Counted from the first letter of the stretch, positions 40,411-53,796 are shown. The stretch: 63,537 nt of DNA from Octopus bimaculoides (GCF_001194135.2 NC_068987.1:108321054-108384590), one strand, 5' to 3'. The notes: generated by a model not told the origin, from the letters alone. Numbers and translations: made by a program.

Positions 40411-41389
40411 NNNNNNNNNNNNNNNNNNNNNNNNNNNNNNNNNNNNNNNNNNNNNNNNNNNNNNNNNNNNNNNNNNNNNNNNNNNNNNNNNNNNNNNNNN
40501 NNNNNNNNNNNNNNNNNNNNNNNNNNNNNNNNNNNNNNNNNNNNNNNNNNNNNNNNNNNNNNNNNNNNNNNNNNNNNNNNNNNNNNNNNNNNNNNNNNNN
40601 NNNNNNNNNNNNNNNNNNNNNNNNNNNNNNNNNNNNNNNNNNNNNNNNNNNNNNNNNNNNNNNNNNNNNNNNNNNNNNNNNNNNNNNNNNNNNNNNNNNN
40701 NNNNNNNNNNNNNNNNNNNNNNNNNNNNNNNNNNNNNNNNNNNNNNNNNNNNNNNNNNNNNNNNNNNNNNNNNNNNNNNNNNNNNNNNNNNNNNNNNNNN
40801 NNNNNNNNNNNNNNNNNNNNNNNNNNNNNNNNNNNNNNNNNNNNNNNNNNNNNNNNNNNNNNNNNNNNNNNNNNNNNNNNNNNNNNNNNNNNNNNNNNNN
40901 NNNNNNNNNNNNNNNNNNNNNNNNNNNNNNNNNNNNNNNNNNNNNNNNNNNNNNNNNNNNNNNNNNNNNNNNNNNNNNNNNNNNNNNNNNNNNNNNNNNN
41001 NNNNNNNNNNNNNNNNNNNNNNNNNNNNNNNNNNNNNNNNNNNNNNNNNNNNNNNNNNNNNNNNNNNNNNNNNNNNNNNNNNNNNNNNNNNNNNNNNNNN
41101 NNNNNNNNNNNNNNNNNNNNNNNNNNNNNNNNNNNNNNNNNNNNNNNNNNNNNNNNNNNNNNNNNNNNNNNNNNNNNNNNNNNNNNNNNNNNNNNNNNNN
41201 NNNNNNNNNNNNNNNNNNNNNNNNNNNNNNNNNNNNNNNNNNNNNNNNNNNNNNNNNNNNNNNNNNNNNNNNNNNNNNNNNNNNNNNNNNNNNNNNNNNN
41301 NNNNNNNNNNNNNNNNNNNNNNNNNNNNNNNNNNNNNNNNNNNNNNNNNNNNNNNNNNNNNNNNNNNNNNNNNNNNNNNNNNNNNNNNN
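40411..41389. other. Assembly gap
   Basis: N run flanked by (TA)n-rich sequence. Confidence 1.
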
Positions 41390-42039
41390 ATATATACATA
41401 TATATATATATATTCATATATGTGCATATATACATATACATACATAGACACGCATATATTTACATGTGTGTGTGCATACATATACGCATAAACACAAATA
41501 TGTATATATATATATATATGAGTGTGTGTGTGTGTGTGTGTATTTATACGTACATTTATATGCTGACATATATACATACATATTCACATACTTGCAAATA
41601 TTAATACATATATATACATATACATGCAAACGTAAATATATTCATAAATATACATCCATATACATGAAGATGAAAATTTCTTGATATTTTTGTGATTAGT
41701 TTGTTTGTATGTATCACTACATGACACTGAAAAAGTAACATACAACACGGGATACATAAAGTGTTTTAGAAAGAATTCGTTTTCTTAATTCCGCAGACAC
41801 ATTTCGAGCACACGAATCAATCATGTTTTCAACAGATTCATAACTATAAACGATAGAGAAACGGAGTAGTCACGTGGGAACGGATTGCTTAAAGGCTAAT
41901 GTGTTTAGCAAATGAAAATACCAGTTGAAGATGAAGTGATTGAAGAGTTAGAGGTAGAATGGTAAGTAGTGTTTGTATGAAAGGAGAGGAGTGAGTGAAA
42001 AGGGACAACATGAAGCAGTCATGCCTGTGATGAAAATGG

Positions 42040-42370
42040 TGGTGGTGGTGGTGGTGGTGGTGGTTATGAGCTGAGGACGAAGAAACGGAGAAAGAAGATA
42101 GGACGAGGAGGGTGGAGGTGACGGCAGAAAAAACTTACATGACGACGACGACGACGACGACGACGACAACGATATTGTTGCTGGAGTTGGTCCTATTGCT
42201 GCTACTGCTACTGCTGCTGCTGCTGATGTTGATGATCACGATAACGACGATGATGACGACTATGATGACAATGACGATAATGACAACGACGACGTGGTGG
42301 TGGTTGTCATCGTCATCACAACGACGATCATCATCATCAACATCATCAACATCATCGACGTCACCATTGT
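42040..42370. repeat. Compound (GGT/GAC/GAT/GCT) trinucleotide array
   Basis: Directly visible. Confidence 0.9.
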
Positions 42371-42631
42371 GAGCAAAATAGGAAACATTTTCGCAAGTTA
42401 AGGAATATTGAGAAAACGTAAGGATAAAGGGAAAAGATTTCTTTTTTTTTTCAAATATATATCAGAGAAAAATAAGACAGAATAGAAAATAAAGATGAAG
42501 CATTTCTCTCAAGAACATAACCAGCACCGACACCATTTCTAGCACACTCGATATTCCCAACAAAACCACCAATACCAGCATCACAAGCGATTCTAGAGAA
42601 GTTTTCGCCATTATTGCCATCACCAATATCC

Positions 42632-43045
42632 TTTTCTACTCTAGGCACAAGGCCTGAAAATTTGAAGGAGGGGGCCAGTCGATTAGATCGACCCCAGTAC
42701 GAAACTGGTTCTTAATTTATCAACCCCAAAACGATGAAAGGCAAAGTCAATCTTGGCGGAATTTAAACTCAGAATATAAAGACAGACGAAATACCGCTCG
42801 CCCGGCGTGCTAACGTTTCTTATTTCTTTACTGCCCACAAAGGGCTACACAGAGAGGGGACAAACAAAGACAAACAAACGGATTAAGTCAATTATACCAG
42901 TGCGTAACTGGTGCTTATTTCATCGACCCCTAAACGATGAAAAGCAAAGTCGACCTCGCGAAATTTGAACTATGAACCTAAAGACGGACGAAATACCGCT
43001 AAGCATTTCGACCGGTGTGCTAACGTTTCTGCCAGCTCGGCGCCT
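42632..43045 (-). mobile_element. Dimeric family C SINE
   Basis: Two C units joined at AACGTTTCT|TATTTCT (42820/42821); imperfect TSD TTGCC(A/T)TCACCAA(T/A)ATC at 42614-42630 and 43051-43067. Confidence 0.85.
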
Positions 43046-43192
43046 TCTTCTTGCCTTCACCAAAATCATTAACTGCGACAGCAGCTATAGTAACAATAAT
43101 ACTAGTAGGAATGCTAAGAGCAAACAAAACACCGAAAGCAACATGCTTTTCAACGAGATTCTATCTGTATTTGGTTTGTTCTTCTTATCAAT

Positions 43193-43226
<34 letters not shown>

Positions 43227-43273
43227 CAACAACAACAAAAACAACAACAATAATGATAATAATAATAATAATA

Positions 43274-43327
<54 letters not shown>

Positions 43328-43666
43328 TGTACACAAAACACGACACCTGCAGGAATGACTTAAATAAAGAAGAGAATGTGACAGGTCCCGCGATGTGAGT
43401 ACGAAGGCCTTGACACGGTGGTTAATACAGATGCCAGTGGATTTGGACTCATTGTGGATGAGGAATTGAAGAAGACAAATGAGAAGGAAATACCTGTAGA
43501 ATATGATGAATTATTAATCTAAAGAGTTCCGGAACGTGATGCCATTGCCATACGTAATCGTTTTGCTTAAGAGAAATTCCTCTTTCACGTTCAAGTCTAC
43601 CTGCCTTCGACTAGAAGTAACAGCAGCTGCAGCAACAGCAGCGGCAGCAGCGGCGGTAGTAGCAGC

Positions 43667-43724
<58 letters not shown>

Positions 43725-44349
43725 TTTGGTTTTGACGTTTTATTCCAGTTTATTCCTGAACGTCCATATTTCACGTCAATGATTTTCCAGACGTGGCCAT
43801 CTCATTTACCCAAAATGACTTATTCGTTCTCTTTGTGACAGAAACTTGTGACTTTAGAGAGCTTTTACGTATATGTTCTCTCGTTAGTTCGTACCATATT
43901 TGAGTGAAAATTTTGTTTTTGAGCATCAAAAATCGAAGTCAGTTACACAGAAATTCAAAAACAAATGCAATAAAAAGTCAAGTGGATCTCCAACGGTTTC
44001 GGCCATGAAACTGTTAAATAAACTGAACCTTCTCGTTTAATCGACTGACCTACCAATTCCTTAAATTCCACAATCAATGACCGAGTGTTCCACACAATTT
44101 TATTGCTCACTTAAGCCTCAAGTAGATTCAGCGTGACTCAGAGTGCGTGTGACGAGACTACACTCATAGTTTCTCACAATTCAATTTCAGTCACATACCG
44201 AGACTGTGACCGTAGACATTTATCCAAGACGAAATGTAGAAGATCGGACATCAGACCTTGTGATTACGAAGCTGCTATCAATATTGTATATAGACAGACA
44301 GATAGATAGAGACAGATGGATAAATGGAAAAACCTATGTCATGGGAGAA

Positions 44350-44398
<49 letters not shown>

Positions 44399-44594
44399 AT
44401 TAAGGAGGGTATTGGATTTAACCAAACCCAAAGATACAGGTAATACCGAGTAAGTGCTGTATACCGACTAGCTACGCCCCAATCGTTGTATAAACAGGAT
44501 CGGTGATTATAAGTCGTGTATTGGCGTGTGTATGTATAAATAGAGAAAAGGATAAAGAGAACAATGGTAAAGTTAGAAATATATTTTATGGATA

Positions 44595-44646
44595 GAGTCT
44601 TACAGCTGTTTCAGGGAAGATCCAAATAGTCCCGTATGTGTGACGC
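44595..44646 (-). ncRNA. Degenerate hammerhead remnant
   Basis: Minus strand GCGTCA-(core decayed)-GGGA..TCCC-T-GAAAC-AGCT-GTA-AGACTC; palindromic ACAGCTGT stem III. Confidence 0.4.
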
Positions 44647-44791
44647 ACATGGAATAGATTTCTTTGAGATGGGATGCCTGAACTCACTAGCCGATGAATT
44701 CGTAAGTGCCTTTCTTATCGTTGATTTTTGGTGTCGCATGGCCAAAAATTACCGTGAATTTTTTTAGAGACACTTTCAAATTTATCAGAAT

Positions 44792-44856
44792 ATCGGACTG
44801 ATGATTTGGAATAGGGAAATTTTCATTCTCTTAACCATGAAACGATCGTATCCGAT
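44792..44856 (+). ncRNA. Type I minimal hammerhead ribozyme, intact core, partly decayed stem II
   Basis: Stem I ATCGGA/TCCGAT (6 bp perfect). CTGATGA 44798-44804. Imperfect stem II 44805-44838. GAAAC 44839-44843, palindromic ACGATCGT stem III, triplet GTA 44848-44850. Confidence 0.75.
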
Positions 44857-45493
44857 TAACTAAAGACTTGTTTTGTTTATGCTTTCCCCTCCGGTTTTTT
44901 GTTCTATGTGTGCCATAAATATCGCCATCCATTTAGAGAAACATTTGTAGTTTAGAATCAGTAGTTCTTTGATTGCTATTTCTAAATTTTCAGTATGTTG
45001 GAGAAGCAACTCAATGCTAATCCCTGTATATATATATANNNNNNNNNNNNNNNNNNNNNNNNNNNNNNNNNNNNNNNNNNNNNNNNNNNNNNNNNNNNNN
45101 NNNNNNNNNNNTTCTCATGACATCAGTGATTCCATTTGTATGTATATTTGCACGTCTATTTACATGTATAAGCTTACCTATTTATATACTTAATTATGAA
45201 CATGAAACATGTCAGTCCTGTTGTTGTTTCAACCCAAGTTAACCTTAAATGAACATCCAATCATGACCATCTCTTCGTGCAAAGACATTGTAAGAAAGAT
45301 TGTCCGTGGCTTTGTTTGATCGGGTGCTTTTTCCAATATATATTCCAACAAAACAAATTCACTCTCACAAAGAACAAAATCACATAACAATGGACTTCAT
45401 TGGAGTTATTTCCCTTGATAGTATTTTTCTCAGATTTTAACTTTTTAGCATGATGATTATTATGTGACATATAACGCTTATTTATTGACATTC

Positions 45494-45888
45494 GCGCAGG
45501 AGTGGCTGTCTGGTAAGTAGCTTGCTTACCAGCCACTTTGTTCTGAATTCAGTCCCACTGCGTAGCTACTTGGGCAAGTGTCTGCTACTATAGCCTCGGG
45601 CCTAAAAGCCTTGGGAGTGGATTTGGTAAACAGAAATTGAAAGAAGCCCGTCGTGTATGTGTGTGTGTATGTGTGTCTGTGTTTGTGCGTCTGTGTTTGC
45701 CACCCCAGCATTGATTGACAACCAATGTTGGTGTGTTTATATCCTCGTAACTTCGCAGTTCGGCAAAAGAAATCGATAGAATAAGTATTAGGCCTACAAT
45801 GAATAAGTCCTGAGATCGATAAAGGCGATGCTCCAAGATGGCCGCCGTGAAATGACTAAAACAAATAAGAGAATAAAAGAATAAAAGA
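45494..45888 (+). mobile_element. SINE family A, full length
   Basis: Head GCGCAGGAGTGGCTG through (GAATAAAA)n tail. Confidence 0.88.
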
Positions 45889-48800
45889 ATTGTTTTGAAT
45901 CAATCATGGATTATTTTGTAGCTTCAAGTGTTCGATGATGGGATTGTTTGTTTCTATAATGACAATGTAGAGTAGATGTGAGGGACCGGATTTGGCCAGT
46001 TTGAATATAAAGCAGGTAGAATATTTTGACCGGATATCGCAGCGAGACATTTACCTAATGATTATGTGGATAATCGGTTTTTCAGCTCACTTTGTGGAAT
46101 CCTAACGTATTTTTATTTCGTTTACAGAACCTTCTTTGGTATTTTCCTCAGCAATATCCTCAATGCTTCTTCTCTCATATATAGTACTTATATTCCAATA
46201 TAAACAATTTCTGCTGTTATAAACAGTATTTCTGTTCCAATAAACACTATTTGTATTATGGTAGGTGAATGTGGATTTGTTATTTAATACCTTAAGCTGT
46301 GAAATAATGTGATATCGGAAAAAATAAGCGCTAACTTATGACGCAAACTGCAAGCAAGAGATCCTATGTGTGTGATGTCGTGTGGTCACTCAGCATGCCA
46401 GAAATAACAGCCGAATGTTCTGCAAGCAACGCCCTACTATCATGCAAAAAAGCCTATTGGATAGTGTAGTCAGGAGCAAAAGAAAGTATTTATTTCACTA
46501 TCTTCACCACTATTGTCATTTTTACTGTTGTCATGAAGGTTGCAGTCGGGCAAAATTGTTAGCGCGCCGAACAAAATGCTCAGCGGTATTTCGTCTGTCT
46601 TCCGTCTGTCTTTGCGTTCTGAGTTCAAGTTTCCCCGAGGTTCGCTTTGCATTTTATACTTTCGGGGGCATGAAATAAATATTAGTGGAACACTGGGGTC
46701 AACATAATTGACTGTTTTCACACCCAAATAATTGCAAGGCTTGTAATTTTAGTAGAAAAAAGAAGAAAAAAAGAAAACTATTACACACACACACACACAC
46801 ATACACACACACACACACACACAAATCCACATATAAATTGAGAGAAAGAGATATTTTCTGAAAAATATCCCGGAATAATAATGACTTGAACGCACTCAAA
46901 TGAGTTGCCTGTGTTTAAACAACAACACCAAGGACAATTCCTAGGTCAGGAACCATGTATATAGAGCTTGAAGAACTGAACATAAGCCTGAGCAACTTTC
47001 ATTAAATTTCCTTAGGGAAAAGCTATAAATGGACAGCAGTGAAATATATTATCGTACTAACGCTAAGCACGATTCTTGTGCAAATCAAGAATCTTGATAC
47101 TTTCTCGTGTCTGTCTTAACCCGGTACTTGTGACGTTGCATTCTACACGGTGGAACGAACGTCACGCACCAAAACATTTGGCATTATATTCATATCATGG
47201 TGTTATTATCATTATTCGTTTTGTTCATTATGTAATAAAGTACGCGTGTATTCATCATTGTTTTACTTATCGTATTAATTTTTTTTAAATATCCGGTGCG
47301 TATTGAACTTATTTTGTGCTTGACTTTTGACCCACTCTGTACTTAATCTATAACTGAAGTACATTCATATAAGCAGTAATAACAACGATCTCTATAATTG
47401 GCACAATTCTACAAACTACGAACTATTTGGAGGATGAAATATCGCACTCATTTTATCAACCACGAAAAATAAAACGTTTAATTTGACTTCGACAGAAATG
47501 AAACACAGAAATAAAAAGACAATGAAATATATATTGTTCTGTTGTCTACAGATCCTGGCTCTCTCTGCCTTTGGTAAAACAAACTATTTATCGATGCTTC
47601 ATAAAAAAATGTTTTATTTATACACCTCGGCTTACATCATGCTGATGTTTTCTAAAAAGAATGAAACAATGAATACCAACAATTAAATGTTTTTCAGAAC
47701 AGTATAAGAAATTGAAAAATAATAAATATGTATGTTAAGGCGATGCCCCAACATGGCCGCAATCACATGACTGAAACAAGTAAAAGAATATTCCTTGCAT
47801 TTCAGCCTCATTCTTATTTAACTTGTACTAGCTTCTCGCTAGGGGACTGAAAATATTATTTTCTCTTCTCATTTTTAAGTATAGAAAACACCTCGACAGT
47901 TCTTTTGTTTCTATTAAAAGTCTTATACAGAAGAACACAGATACTTGGATGCAGCATTAGAGAGTCATCCCCTATGCAAGAGTATTAAATATGTATTTTG
48001 CCGGAGAGAAGCTGAGTAAATAAGGACAGAAGGTGCAAATAGCGTTGAGGAATAAATTTATACGCTTTGCTATTTGTTATCACAAAGATTCCTTTCTCCG
48101 TCTGGTAGCAGGTGCACGCGTGCATATTGTGAAATTGTCGATGTGGTTTCAGTTTTTGATGACACAGACATTATCATTATTGTTTTTGTAGTTGTTGTTT
48201 TCTTGTTTTGTGATAGCTATTTTTTTACGATGGTATTGCCGTTGTTCAGAGTAGAGGAAGCCTTCAGCCAAGTGATTCTCGGTGTTTTAATGCTATTATA
48301 GGAGTGAGTGTGCGTTTCTCTGTGCGCACAAACACACACACACACACACATACACGCACAGACACAAATACACGTACATTTTCTGTGTTACTGCACATGC
48401 AAGCACATCCACACAATAGAGGGCGAATGTTAAAGTTCCCGACCTAAAATCGTCCGCTCACAATAAAATAATTATATTTTATATGAAAGAAACATTCAAA
48501 AAATAGTTATTCACGTTTAAGTTGAGATCAAATTTATTTTCATCACTCGACAGTCTTCATTGTTTTATTTTCTCCTGCTTTTCTTTTTCTTTTTTCTTTT
48601 TCCCTCATTTGGTGAATAGGAAAGGGTACTATTCGTTTTTCGTTTTTATTTTTAGTCATTTACTTAAGGATACACAATTCATAATGATAGATCAAATTGC
48701 CCAAATCGTATTCTTCGTAGCAGAAATGATAGTTTATGGTGAATATAGACGAGATGTGGCGAAGGGAAAAAGAAATGTGGGGAGTAGGTCATATAACAGT

Positions 48801-48899
48801 GATGGTGATAGGAAGTGGAGAGAAATGATAATTGATAGAAAGAAGAAAGATGTGAAGGAGAAGCAGGGCGGGAAGCGATGATAAATAAATGTAAAGGAG

Positions 48900-49364
48900 A
48901 AGAGGATGGTGGAGGAGGAGGAGGAGGAGGAGGACGACGACGACGACGAGGAAAAGAAGGAGAAGGAACAGAAGAAGGAGGAGGGGTGATGTGAAGGAAG
49001 AAGAAAAGAAGAGAAATGATGAAGAAGAATAAAAAGGAGAAAAANNNNNNNNNNAGGGGGAGGACCAGGACGAGGACCAGGACGAGGAGGAGGAGGACGA
49101 GGAGGAGGAGTACGGGGACGAGGAGGAGGACGACGACGACGAGGAGGAGGACGAGGACAAGGACGAGGAGGAGGACGAGGACGAGGACGAGGAGGAGGAG
49201 GAGGAGGAGGACGACGACGACGACGAGGAAAAGAAGGAGAAGGAACAGAAGAAGGAGGAGGGGTGATGTGAAGGAAGAAGAAAAGAAGAGAAATGATGAA
49301 GAAGAATAAAAAGGAGAAAAAGCGCAAGAAAAATGATGATGATCATGATGGTATTGATGACGAC

Positions 49365-49403
<39 letters not shown>

Positions 49404-49550
49404 AAAGAAGAAGAAGAAGAAGAAGAAGAAGAAGAAGAAGAAAAAGAAGAAGAAGAAAAAGAAGAAGAAGAAAAAAGAAGAAGAAGAAGAAAAAGAAGAA
49501 GAAGAAAAAGAAGAAGAAGAAAAAGAAGAAGAAGAAAAAGAAGAAGAACG
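48900..49550. repeat. Purine-rich (GAG/GAC/GAT/GAA) trinucleotide array
   Basis: Directly visible; includes a duplicated block across a 10 N gap. Confidence 0.95.
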
Positions 49551-50394
49551 TGGTCAAGCGGTAGAAAGATATAAGTGGAGGTACTCCAGAGAGGAAGAGA
49601 GAGAGAGAGAGATACATACTAAGTTAGTGAAAAGCAGTAAAAATGGAATGCGTGCATCAAGTATGAAGAGGAAAAGATAACTCAATGAGGGAGAAAGTGA
49701 GATAGAAAAAGATTGATAGAGAGTTGGTGAGAGTGAAGTGAATATACAGAGAGAAAGAGAGAAAATTGAAGGGAAAACAAGGAGAAATATTACGATGTGG
49801 AAGACAGTAATAAGAAAAAAGAAAAAAAGAACAAGAGAATGCGAGAAAGAAAATCAGCAACATAAACAGAGAGACAAATAAAAGGAAAGTGATGAGAAAA
49901 AGATTCACAAAGGCGAAAGAGAGGAGATGAAGAACAATGAAGGAGAGAAGTGAAAGATGGCTATGAAAGATTTAGGTGATGGATAGATAGAAAGAAGAAA
50001 GATAAAGAGTTTGGAGAGGGATGGTGGGGCAGTAGTATTTCTTTACCGTTGACAAGTCATGCGTTAGGCCACCGATAAGCAGGAAGCTAAATTTTTCCTT
50101 AAAGAACGGAAGAAATAACTTCCAATCTGATCCATGATATAAAAGCGAGGAGAAGATAAAAGAATAAAAAAAAAATCGAATCTAAGATGGCGCTTAACGA
50201 TATTTTGTAGCTTCCGCTTAAACTTAACGTGTAACGTTATTAAAGACGGGTCTTGATCAGAACTAGCTAGATAGATATCGCACTATGAAGACCTACTATA
50301 AGGCCAGAAAGTACTTATTATATAACATAACAGCATAAACATAGCCATACATTAAATCACGTGTTGCAATGGTAGAAAGATCTGTGAGGGCACT

Positions 50395-50700
50395 CGACCA
50401 GCTAGAAATAATATCTAAAATTCCCTCAAACCATACCCTTTCGACGTAAGGAGGAAGGAAACATCGCATCATGTACTCTTAGATACAGAAGCCGAAATAA
50501 GATAGGCTTGTCATATCTGAAACACTTGTGATCAAAGGATGCATTTTAATACCTCAGATTTGAACTAAGTAATGATACCGAATCAATGAGGGAGGCTGTG
50601 CAAAAATCTTGCTAGAAATAGCAACCAAATCTGCCTTAGATTATACACTACTGTCTCAGGAAAAGGAGATATTGGAAAATGTAGTAGAGGATATTCATGC
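50395..50700. repeat. Two diverged copies of a short dispersed repeat (GCTAGAAATAGCA.CCAAAT..CCCTCAAA)
   Basis: Related motifs at about 555-600 and, reverse-complemented, at 21359-21400 and 21875-21905. Confidence 0.45.
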
Positions 50701-51466
50701 AATGTATGTATGTATGAGGAGAGATGGAAATGGTTGGATGTTCAATAAAAAGGGATAACTAGGGTTGAAACAACAAGGACATATATCCCAGGTTTATAAC
50801 TATTTATATAAGTACATAACTCCCCCTCACTAATCCTATTGGTAATCACTCTCTTTCTCTCTCCCTTTCTTTCTTTGCTCTCTCTCTCTTACTCTTTTTC
50901 TCTCTCTATCTCGCTCTCTGTAAACAGCCATAAGCAGCAGTAGCAGCAATTTCTAGTCAAACAACCAAGATTATAAGCACGTAAGTTTATACGCATAAGT
51001 ATACATACATATGAGTGTGTGTGCGTTAGCGTGTGTGAGCGTGTGTATGAATGTGTGCATATATGCCTGTTTGCACGCATAAACATACGAATACAAGTTT
51101 CTTGTATATAGCAACAAACTCAATATCACACACGTACGCACGCGCGTGCATACATCCATTCTTAGTTCATTGCCTAATGGTTATAGATTTGCTTTTTTAC
51201 TATCTGAAGTAACTTCTACCAAACCATATGAGTGAAAGTAGGTACACGTAAAACGTTCTGAAGCCTAAAGAAAGTACTCTCTTGATACATCCAAGTATAG
51301 CACAATCTTACCAAGTACAGCACACCACTATGTCCGTCCTCACACTTTATTTGCAATACTCTTATCGACAGTTTACTCAACTACATACAAATTCATACAC
51401 AGAGAAAATAGTCCCTTTCACTGAAAAATCTTGGTCAAAAACGATGCGGTGACCATGGTATCATTT

Positions 51467-51856
51467 GTTGTTGATGTTGGCACTCCGTCGCTTACGACGA
51501 CGAGCGTTCCAGTTGATCTGATCAGCGGAACAGCCTGCTCGTGAAATTAACGTGCAAGTGGCTGAGCACTCCACAGACACGTGTACCCTTAACGTAGTTC
51601 TCGGGGAGATTCAGCGTGACACAGTGTGACAAGGCTGACCCTTTGAATTACAGGCACAACAGAAACAGGAAGTAAAAGTGAGAGAAAGTTGAGGTGAAAG
51701 ATTACAGCAGGGTTCGCCACCATCCCCTGCCGGAGCCTTGTGGAGCTTTAGGTGTTTTCGCTCAATAAAAACTCACAGCGCCCTGTCTGGGAATCGAAAC
51801 CGCGATCCTATGACCGCGAGTCCGCTGCCCTAACCACTGGGCCATTGCGCCTCCAC
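51467..51856 (-). mobile_element. tRNA-derived SINE, family B, full length
   Basis: Same sequence as 10993-11371 with an (AAC)n tail; TSD GTATCATTT at 51458-51466 and 51859-51867. Confidence 0.9.
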
Positions 51857-51992
51857 TTGTATCATTTAACACATAATTATTAAACATATGTATCATTAAA
51901 CACATAAGCACATGTAATGCCATCGTTTTTGTTTTGCTTTGTGTTGTGTGATTGTCTGCATCTCGTCATCAGGTTTATAAATATTATACATA

Positions 51993-52390
51993 ATAATTAT
52001 TATTATTGAGTGAGAGCAGCGCGTGCCATCAAAATATCACTGGGGTACATATATATACGAAGCCCAATATACCCATCATGACTATCCATATGATAAAAGT
52101 ACACCAAACACATTGCCTCACAACCATGTGTGCGTGGGGTACTGACCTTATATCAAGATAAACCTTGCAAGTGGGGCCCAGTTAGAATTTTCTTCAGATC
52201 GAGTAGATCATCACGCTCAAAATCTCTCGGAATAAGGGTTGTTTACGGATGATGAACCAAACACTTATATTTCGAGAGATGAATTATTGAAACCCCAGAG
52301 AATTCCACTCAAAACATGGCTATGATGCTCCCCGACTACGCCTGATCTTGATCAGAGATGTACATGTCATCAGCAAGTAAGGGACATGTA
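51993..52390 (-). mobile_element. Probable 3' end of a retroposon with an (AAT)n tail
   Basis: Complex sequence ending in a (TAT)n tract on the + strand. Single copy in the window, so the family is unassigned. Confidence 0.35.
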
Positions 52391-52528
52391 TGTATGTATG
52401 TATGTATGTATGTATGTTGCAGGTATGTATGTAGGTATGTTGTATATATATATTCATATAGACGTAGATATAATTACTTAAACCAGATGTCCAACTACTT
52501 ACTTATTCATGTGCACATAAGTAATATT

Positions 52529-52931
52529 CTTTTCTACTCAAGGGACAAAGCCCGAAATTTGGGGAGAGGAGGCCAGTCGGTCAGATCGACGAGCCTGCAA
52601 GGATGAAAAGCAAAGTCGACCTCGGCGGAATTTGAACTCAGAATGTAAACACAGATGAAATATCGCTAAGCATTTCGCCCAGCTTGCGAATGTTTCTTAT
52701 TTCTTCATTGCCCACAAGGGACTAAACATTGAAGGGACAAACAAGGACAGACAAAGATATTAAGTCGATTACATCGACCCCAGTGCGTAACTGGTACTTA
52801 ATTTATCGACCCCGAAAGGATGGAAGACAAAGTCGACCTCGGTGGAATTTGAACTCAGAATATGTAAACACAGATAAAATACCGCTAAGAATTTCACCCA
52901 GCGTGCTAACGTTTCTGCCAGTTCGCCGCCT
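52529..52931 (-). mobile_element. Dimeric family C SINE
   Basis: Same junction (52696/52697); TSD CATAAGTAATATT at 52516-52528 and 52936-52948. Confidence 0.88.
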
Positions 52932-53195
52932 CATCCATAAGTAATATTACATATAAACTGAACAGAATTTTGTTCAACAGCTATGCATATATTCATACAC
53001 ATACCACAATAAAACTAACAAATATATTTACAGACTTAACGATGATTCAAAGAGATGCCCGGTACATAAACGAATACACATAACCATGCACGAATATGTT
53101 ATATGCAGACAAGAACACACTCATAAACGTATAAATGCGTTAAACAGACACACACCGAATATACCTACACACACACACACACACACCGAATATAC

Positions 53196-53232
<37 letters not shown>

Positions 53233-53796
53233 TGCATACTTTCATTTATACATCTGTATACAAACATACCACCAGACAAACAGACACACACTCACTAACA
53301 GGCGTATCACATACAATTAACCATGACGTTGTTCAGTAATCATTCTGACAACGATGTCTGTAGTTTGTAGATACGAAAAGTAGATAAAATTATCCAGCAA
53401 GATCTATTCAATGCATATCAAAAGTTTATCTATCGCAGACTGACTGGCTGAATGTTACATATTTAAAACTATGCAAAGGGTATCTTTAAGTTTAAATTGT
53501 TGCCCAAGGATTCAACGAAGTGCTAACGATAATCAGCATTTCGAACTGTGAGTATGCTGGAGAAAATTACTTCGACAGCCCGAATACTCGTAGCAACATA
53601 TGACTGGCGTATACTGCTGAATGTTGGAGTATATATAGCGGTCTAGTGAAAGGCATCCAATGACCTGTAAATATGTGTGCGTGTGCGCACGCGTGCATCG
53701 CTCTTTCTTTCGTTTGCCCCTCACTCGTATACATACATATATACACACGCATATATATATATATATATGTGTGTATGTATGTATGTGTGTATGTAT

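Noticed and set aside
41890-41965. 53 nt AG...GTAAGT candidate exon (QMKIPVEDEVIEELEVE)
   Set aside because: Composition fits a decayed GAA/GAT repeat next to a trinucleotide array; no partner exons.
48679-49680. Long poly-E/K/R/S ORFs
   Set aside because: Microsatellite-derived, and they span a gap with a duplicated block.
53540-53671. Minus-strand frame with CLSLDRY after an AG acceptor, GPCR DRY-like
   Set aside because: No transmembrane context or other GPCR motifs, and it hits a stop; likely chance.
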